Assembly (NCBI GenBank): GCA_964016885.1
Contig: OZ024742.1
Location: 44,888,001-44,952,000, forward strand
Origin: Eledone cirrhosa
Lineage: Eukaryota
Direction: 5' to 3'
Length of the DNA stretch: 64,000 nucleotides
Below the pieces are notes generated by a model. It had not been told where the DNA came from. It made no database searches and saw only the letters and a list, made by a program, of their open reading frames with translations. Positions 56,031 through 64,000 of this stretch are shown here, piece by piece. The stretch's first letter is position 1. Each line of letters begins with the position of its first letter. The position numbers were made by a program, and so were the translations under genes.

Positions 56031-58713
56031 CCCTATGACTCAATCATGTGTTATATGGCCAAAACATGCTGTATGTCACTATAGCACCCCTATGACTCAA
56101 TCATGTGTTATATGGCCAAAACATGCTGTATGTCACTATAGCAGCCCTATGACTCAATCATGTGTTATATGCCCAAAACATGCTGCATGTCACTATAGCA
56201 CCCCTATGACTCAATCATGTGTTATATGGCCAAAACATGCTGTATGTCACTATAGCAGCCCTATGACTCAATCATGTGTTATATGCCCAAAACATGCTGT
56301 ATGTCACTATAGCAGCCCTATGACTCCATCAGATGTTATATGGCCAAAACATGCTGTATGTCACTATAGCACCCCTATGACTCCATCAGATGTTATATGG
56401 CCAAAACATGCTGTATGTCACTATAGCACCCCTATGACTCCATCATGTGTTATATGGCCAAAACATGCTGTATGTCACTATAGCACCCCTAAGACTCCAT
56501 CATGTGTTATATGGCCAAAACATGCTGTATGTCACTATAGCACCCCTAAGACTCCATCATGTGTTATATGGCCAAAACATGCTGTATGTCACTATAGCAC
56601 CCCTAAGACACCATCATGTGTTATATGGCCAAAACATGCTGTATGTCACTATAGCACCCCTAAGACTCCATCATGTGTTATATGACCAAAACATGCTGTA
56701 TGTCACTATAGCACCCCTATGACTCCATCATGTGTTATATGGCCAAAACATGCTGTATGTCACTATAGTACCCCTATGACTCCATCATGTGTTATATGTC
56801 CAAAACATGCTGTATGTTACTATAGCACCCCTATGACTCCATCAGATGTTATATCGCCAAAACATGCTGTATGTCACTATAGCACCCCTAAGACTCCATC
56901 ATGTGTTATATGGCCAAAACATGCTGTATGTCACTATAGCAGCCCTATGACTCCATCAGATGTTATATGACCAAAGCATGCTGTATGTCACTATAGCACC
57001 CCTATGACGCCATCAGATGTTATATCGCCAAAACATGCTGTATGTCACTATAGCACCCCTAAGACTCCATCATGTGTTATATGACCAAAACATGCTGTAT
57101 GTCACTATAGCACCCCTATGACTCCATCAGATGTTATATCGCCAAAACATGCTGTATGTCACTATAGCACCCCTATGACTCCATCATGTGTTATATGACC
57201 AAAACATGCGGTATGTCACTATAGCACCCCTATGAATCCATCATGTGTTATATGACCAAAACATGCTGTATGTCACTATAGCACCCCTAAGACTCCATCA
57301 TGTGTTATATGGCCAAAACATGCTGTATGTCACTATAGCACCCCTATGACTCCATCAGATGTTATATCGCCAAAACATGCTGTATGTCACTATAGCACCC
57401 CTAAGACTCCATCATGTGTTATATGACCAAAACATGCTGTATGTCACTATAGCACCCCTATGACTCCATCAGATGTTATATCGCCAAAACATGCTGTATG
57501 TCACTATAGCACCCCTAAGACTCAATCATGTGTTATATGGCCAAAACATGCTGTATGTAACTATAGCACCCCTATGACTCAATCATGTGTTATATGGCCA
57601 AAACATGCTGTATGTCACTATAGCACCCCTATGACTCAATCATGTGTTATATGGCCAAAACATGCTGTATGTCACTATAGCACCCCTATGACTCAATCAT
57701 GTGTTATATGCCCAAAACATGCTGTATGTCACTATAGCACCCCTAAGACTCCATCATGTGTTATATGACCAAAACATGCTTTATGTCACTATAGCACCCC
57801 TAAGACTCCATCATGTGTTATATGCCCAAAACATGCTGTATGTCACTATAGCACCCCTAAGACTCCATCATGTGTTATATGGCCAAAACATGCTGTATGT
57901 CACTATAGCACCCCTAAGACTCCATAATGTGTTATATGCCCAAAACATGCTGTATGTCACTATAGCAACCCTGTGACTAAATTATGTGTTATATGGCCAA
58001 AACATGCTGTATGTCACTATAGCACCCCTAAGACTCCATAATGTGTTATATGCCCAAAACATGCTGTATGTCACTATAGCAGCCCTGTGACTAAATTATG
58101 TGTTATATGGCCAAAACATGCTGTATGTCACTATAGCACCCCTATGACTCAATCATGTGTTATATGGCCAAAATATGCTGTATGTCACTATAGCACCCCT
58201 ATGACTCAATCATGTGTTATATGGCCAAAACATGCTGTATGTCACTATAGCACCCCTAAGACTCCATCATGTGTTATATGGCCAAAACATGCTGTATGTC
58301 ACTATAGCACCCCTATGACTCAATCATGTGTTATATGCCCAAAACATGCTGTATGTCACTATAGCACCCCTAAGACTCCATCATGTGTTATATGGCCAAA
58401 ACATGCTGTATGTCACTATAGCACCCCTAAGACTCCATCATGTGTTATATGGCCAAAACATGCTGTATGTTACTACAGCACCCCTATGACTCAATCATGT
58501 GTTATATCCCCAAAACATGCTGTATGTCACTATAGCACCCCTAAGACTCCATCATGTGTTATATGGCCAAAACATGCTGTATGTCACTATAGCACCCCTA
58601 AGATTCCATCATGTGATATATGGCCAAAACATGCTGTATGTCACTATAGCAGCCCTATGACTCAATCATGTGTTATATGACCAAAACATGCTGTATGTCA
58701 CTATAGCACCCCT

Positions 58714-61700
58714 ATGACTCCATCATGTGTTATATGACCAAAACATGCTGTATGTCACTATAGCACCCCTATGACTCCATCATGTGTTATATGGCCAAAA
58801 CATGCTGTATGTCACTATAGCACCCCTATGACTCAGTCATGTGTTATATGTCCAAAACATGCTGTATGTCACTATAGCACCCCTAAGACTCCATCATGTG
58901 TTATATGACCAAAACATGCTGTATGTCACTATAGCACCTCTAAGACTCCATCATGTGTTATATGTCCAAAACATGCTGTATGTCACTATAGCACCCCTAA
59001 GACTCCATCATGTGTTATATGCCCAAAACATGCTGTATGTCACTATAGCACCCCTAAGACTCCATCATGTGTTATATGCCCAAAACATGCTGTATGTCAC
59101 TATAGCACCCCTAAGACTCCATCATGTGTTATATGGCCAAAACATGCTGTATGTCACTATAGCACCCCTAAGACTCCATCATGTGTTATATGTCCAAAAC
59201 ATGCTGTATGTCACTATAGCACCCCTAAGACTCCATCATGTGTTATATGGCCAAAACATGCTGTATGTCACTATAGCAGCCCTATGACTCCATCATGTGT
59301 TATATGACCAAAACATGCTGTATGTCACTATAGCAGCCCTAAGACTCAATCATGTGTTATATGGCCAAAACATGCTGTATGTCACTATAGCAGCCCTAAG
59401 ACTCCATCATGTGTTATATGGCCAAAACATGCTGTATGTCACTATAGCAGCCCTATGACTCAATCATGTGTCATATGCCCAAAACATGATGTATGTCACT
59501 ATAGCAGCCCTATGACTCAATCATGTGTTATATGGACAAAACATGCTGTATGTCACTATAGCAGCCCTATGACTCCATCAGATGTTATATGGCCAAAACA
59601 TGCTGTATGTCACTATAGCACCCCTAAGACTCCATCATGTGTTATATGGCCAAAACATGCTGTATGTCACTATAGCAGCCCTGTGACTAAATTATGTGTT
59701 ATATGGCCAAAACATGCTGTATGTCACTATAGCACCCCTATGACTCAATCATGTGTTATATGGCCAAAACATGCTGTATGTCACTATAGCACCCCTAAGA
59801 CTCCATCATGTGTTATATGGCCAAAACATGCTGTATGTCACTATAGCACCCCTATGACTCAATCATGTGTTATATGCCCAAAACATGCTGTATGTCACTA
59901 TAGCACCCCTAAGACTCCATCATGTGTTATCTGGCCAAAACATGCTGTATGTCACTATAGCACCCCTAAGACTCCATCATGTGTTATATGACCAAAACAT
60001 GCTGTATGTCACTATAGCACCCCTATGACTCAATCATGTGTTATATGCCCAAAACATGCTGTATGTCACTATAGCACCCCTATGACTCAATCATGTGTTA
60101 TATGCCCAAAACATGCTGTATGTCACTGTAGCACCCCTAAGACTCAATCATGTGTTATATGGCCAAAACATGCTGTATGTCACTATAGCACCGCTAAGAC
60201 TCCATCATGTGTTATATGGCTAAAACATGCTGTATGTCACTATAGCACCCCTATGACTCCATCATGTGTTATATGGCCAAAACATGCTGTATGTCACTAT
60301 AGCACCCCTATGACTCAATCATGTGTTATATGACCAAAACATGCTGTATGTCACTATAGCAGCCCTAAGACTCAATCATGTGTTATATGGCCAAAACATG
60401 CTGTATGTCACTATAGCACCCCTAAGACTCCATCATGTGTTATATGACCAAAACATGCTGTATGTCACTATAGCACCCCTAAGACTCAATCATGTGTTAT
60501 GTGGCCAAAACATGCTGTATGTCACTATAGCACCGCTAAGACTCCATCATGTGTTATATGGCCAAAACATGCTGTATGTCACTATAGCACCCCTATGACT
60601 CAATCATGTGTTATATGGCCAAAACATGCTGTATGTCACTATAGCACCCCTAAGACTCCATCATGTGTTATATGGCCAAAACATGCTGTATGTCACTATA
60701 GCAGCCCTATGACTCCATCATGTGTTATATGACCAAAACATGCTGTATGTCACTATAGCAGCCCTAAGACTCAATCATGTGTTATATGGCCAAAACATGC
60801 TGTATGTCACTATAGCACCCCTAAGACTCAATCATGTGTTATATGGCCAAAACATGCTGTATGTCACTATAGCAGCCCTATGACTCAATCATGTGTCATA
60901 TGCCCAAAACATGCTGTATGTCACTATAGCAGCCCTATGACTCCATCATGTGTTATATGGCCAAAACATGCTGTATGTCACTATAGCAGCCCTAAGACTC
61001 CATCATGTGTTATATGGCCAAAACATGCTGTATGTCACTATAGCAGCCCTATGACTCAATCATGTGTCATATGCCCAAAACATGCTGTATGTCACTATAG
61101 CAGCCCTATGACTCAATCATGTGTTATATGGACAAAACATGCTGTATGTCACTATAGCAGCCCTATGACTCCATCAGATGTTATATGGCCAAAACTTGCT
61201 GTATGTCACTATAGCAGCCCTAAGACTCCATCATGTGTTATATGGCCAAAACATGCTGTATGTCACTATAGCAGCCCTGTGACTAAATTATGTGTTATAT
61301 GACCAAAACATGCTGTATGTCACTATAGCACCCCTATGACTCCATCATGTGTTATATGACCAAAACATGCTGTATGTCACTATAGCACCCCTATGACTCC
61401 ATCATGTGTTATATGACCAAAACATGCTGTATGTCACTATAGCACCCCTATGACTCCATCATGTGTTATATGTCCAAAACATGCTGTATGTCACTATAGC
61501 ACCCCTATGACTCAGTCATGTGTTATATGTCCAAAACATGCTGTATGTCACTATAGCACCCCTAAGACTCCATCATGTGTTATATGACCAAAACATGCTG
61601 TATGTCACTATAGCACCCCTAAGACTCCATCATGTGTTATATGTCCAAAACATGCTGTATGTCACTATAGCACCCCTAAGACTCCATCATGTGTTATATG

Positions 61701-63390
61701 CCCAAAACATGCTGTATGTCACTATAGCACCCCTAAGACTCCATCATGTGTTATATGCCCAAAACATGCTGTATGTCACTATAGCACCCCTAAGACTCCA
61801 TCATGTGTTATATGTCCAAAACATGCTGTATGTCACTATAGCACCCCTAAGACTCCATCATGTGTTATATGTCCAAAACATGCTGTATGTCACTATAGCA
61901 CCCCTAAGACTCCATCATGTGTTATATGGCCAAAACATGCTGTATGTCACTATAGCAGCCCTATGACTCCATCATGTGTTATATGACCAAAACATGCTGT
62001 ATGTCACTATAGCAGCCCTAAGACTCAATCATGTGTTATATGGCCAAAACATGCTGTATGTCACTATAGCAGCCCTAAGACTCCATCATGTGTTATATGG
62101 CCAAAACATGCTGTATGTCACTATAGCAGCCCTATGACTCAATCATGTGTCATATGCCCAAAACATGCTGTATGTCACTATAGCAGCCCTATGACTCAAT
62201 CATGTGTTATATGGACAAAACATGCTGTATGTCACTATAGCAGCCCTATGACTCCATCAGATGTTATATGGCCAAAACATGCTGTATGTCACTATAGCAC
62301 CCCTAAGACTCCATCATGTGTTATATGGCCAAAACATGCTGTATGTCACTATAGCAGCCCTGTGACTAAATTATGTGTTATATGGCCAAAACATGCTGTA
62401 TGTCACTATAGCACCCCTATGACTCAATCATGTGTTATATGGCCAAAACATGCTGTATGTCACTATAGCACCCCTAAGACTCCATCATGTGTTATATGGC
62501 CAAAACATGCTGTATGTCACTATAGCACCCCTATGACTCAATCATGTGTTATATGCCCAAAACATGCTGTATGTCACTATAGCACCCCTAAGACTCCATC
62601 ATGTGTTATATGGCCAAAACATGCTGTATGTCACTATAGCACCCCTATGACTCCATCATGTGTTATATGGCCAAAACATGCTGTATGTCACTATAGCACC
62701 CCTATGACTCAATCATGTGTTATATGACCAAAACATGCTGTATGTCACTATAGCAGCCCTAAGACTCAATCATGTGTTATATGGCCAAAACATGCTGTAT
62801 GTCACTATAGCACCCCTAAGACTCCATCATGTGTTATATGACCAAAACATGCTGTATGTCACTATAGCACCCCTAAGACTCAATCATGTGTTATATGGCC
62901 AAAACATGCTGTATGTCACTATAGCACCGCTAAGACTCCATCATGTGTTATATGGCCAAAACATGCTGTATGTCACTATAGCACCCCTATGACTCAATCA
63001 TGTGTTATATGGCCAAAACATGCTGTATGTCACTATAGCACCCCTAAGACTCCATCATGTGTTATATGGCCAAAACATGCTGTATGTCACTATAGCAGCC
63101 CTATGACTCCATCATGTGTTATATGACCAAAACATGCTGTATGTCACTATAGCAGCCCTAAGACTCAATCATGTGTTATATGGCCAAAACATGCTGTATG
63201 TCACTATAGCACCCCTAAGACTCAATCATGTGTTATATGGCCAAAACATGCTGTATGTCACTATAGCAGCCCTATGACTCAATCATGTGTCATATGCCCA
63301 AAACATGCTGTATGTCACTATAGCAGCCCTATGACTCCATCATGTGTTATATGACCAAAACATGCTGTATGTCACTATAGCAGCCCTAAG
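58714..63390 (+). repeat. Tandem duplication of a 47-monomer block (offset 2,679, falling to 2,394 after a five-monomer difference)
   Basis: Offsets 58841/61520, 59455/62134 and 59683/62362 = 2679. Offsets 60323/62717 and 60880/63274 = 2394. Shared variants include actcagtc, gtcatatgccc, ggacaaaa and gtgactaaatt. Confidence 0.9.
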
Positions 63391-64000
63391 ACTCAATCAT
63401 GTGTTATATGGCCAAAACATGCTGTATGTCACTATAGCAGCCCTAAGACTCCATCATGTGTTATATGGCCAAAACATGCTGTATGTCACTATAGCAGCCC
63501 TATGACTCAATCATGTGTCATATGCCCAAAACATGCTGTATGTCACTATAGCAGCCCTATGACTCAATCATGTGTTATATGGACAAAACATGCTGTATGT
63601 CACTATAGCAGCCCTATGACTCCATCAGATGTTATATGGCCAAAACATGCTGTATGTCACTATAGCACCCCTAAGACTCCATCATGTGTTATATGGCCAA
63701 AACATGCTGTATGTCACTATAGCAGCCCTATGACTCAATCATGTGTTATATGGCCAAAACATGCTGTATGTCACTATAGCACCCCTAAGACTCCATCATG
63801 TGTTATATGGCCAAAACATGCTGTATGTCACTATAGCAGCCCTATGACTCAATCATGTGTTATATGGCCAAAACATGCTGTATGTCACTATAGCACCCCT
63901 ATGACTCAATCATGTGTTATATGGCCAAAACATGCTGTATGTCACTATAGCACCCCTAAGACTCCATCATGTGTTGTATGAGCAAAACATGCTGTATGTC

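Larger units (their letters stand above)
1..64000 (+). repeat. 57-bp satellite DNA tandem array, ~1,123 head-to-tail monomers, truncated by both window ends
   Basis: Monomer ATGACTCAATCATGTGTTATATGGCCAAAACATGCTGTATGTCACTATAGCACCCCT (57 nt) recurs continuously. Monomer starts are 6 mod 57 from position 6 to ~23.1 kb (804, 21894), 4 mod 57 at 24856-51646, 3 at 52215-53811 and 4 at 55750-63502. No non-repeat sequence or inverted copy was seen. Confidence 0.99.

Noticed and set aside
156-63981. ORF-track proteins (MTQSCVIWPKHAVCHYSTP and MLYGQNMLYVTIAPLRLHH repeats, up to 729 aa) as real genes or zinc-finger proteins
   Set aside because: They arise because 57 is divisible by 3. Their ends are set by point variants, stop codons are copied along with HORs, there are no unique N- or C-terminal domains, and Cys/His spacing does not match C2H2, CCHC or CCCH fingers.
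1-64000. CRISPR array (conserved segment alternating with a variable segment, ~57-bp period)
   Set aside because: The variable segment differs only by point substitutions from one consensus. There are no unique spacers, leader or cas genes.
1-64000. Rolling-circle or concatemer sequencing artefact, or telomeric repeat
   Set aside because: Rare variants and indels are inherited in nested, ordered duplications, which random errors on one template would not produce. There is no short G-rich telomere motif.
1-64000. Embedded transposon, RNA gene, inversion or unique island
   Set aside because: The 57-bp phase is continuous apart from six 1-bp indels, and no reverse-orientation monomer or foreign sequence was seen.

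Overview
The whole 64-kb window is one uninterrupted, head-to-tail, single-orientation tandem array of a 57-bp monomer (about 1,123 copies) that runs off both ends. The consensus is ATGACTC[A/C]ATCATGTGTTATATG[G/A/C/T]CCAAAACATGCTGTATGTCACTATAGCA[C/G]CCCT, with ATG often AAG. It is about 40% GC and has no CpG. I found no unique sequence, transposon, RNA gene, CRISPR spacer or credible gene. All listed ORFs are read-through of the 19-codon monomer. This looks like eukaryotic satellite DNA, possibly centromeric or pericentromeric (inference); I do not recognise the family or the species. The informative structure lies in the variants. There are nested higher-order repeats (HORs) of 5 to 81 monomers, and a young, homogeneous 53-mer-based HOR core at about 27.5-52 kb flanked by older layers with different variant sets. 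HOR copies are recombinant mosaics. Only six visible 1-bp indels (four events) occur in 64 kb, the monomer shows a ~19-bp internal triplication, and its two commonest dimorphisms switch an AP-1 site on and off. I see no evidence of a new protein-coding system. The best novelty candidate is the satellite family and its HOR architecture.
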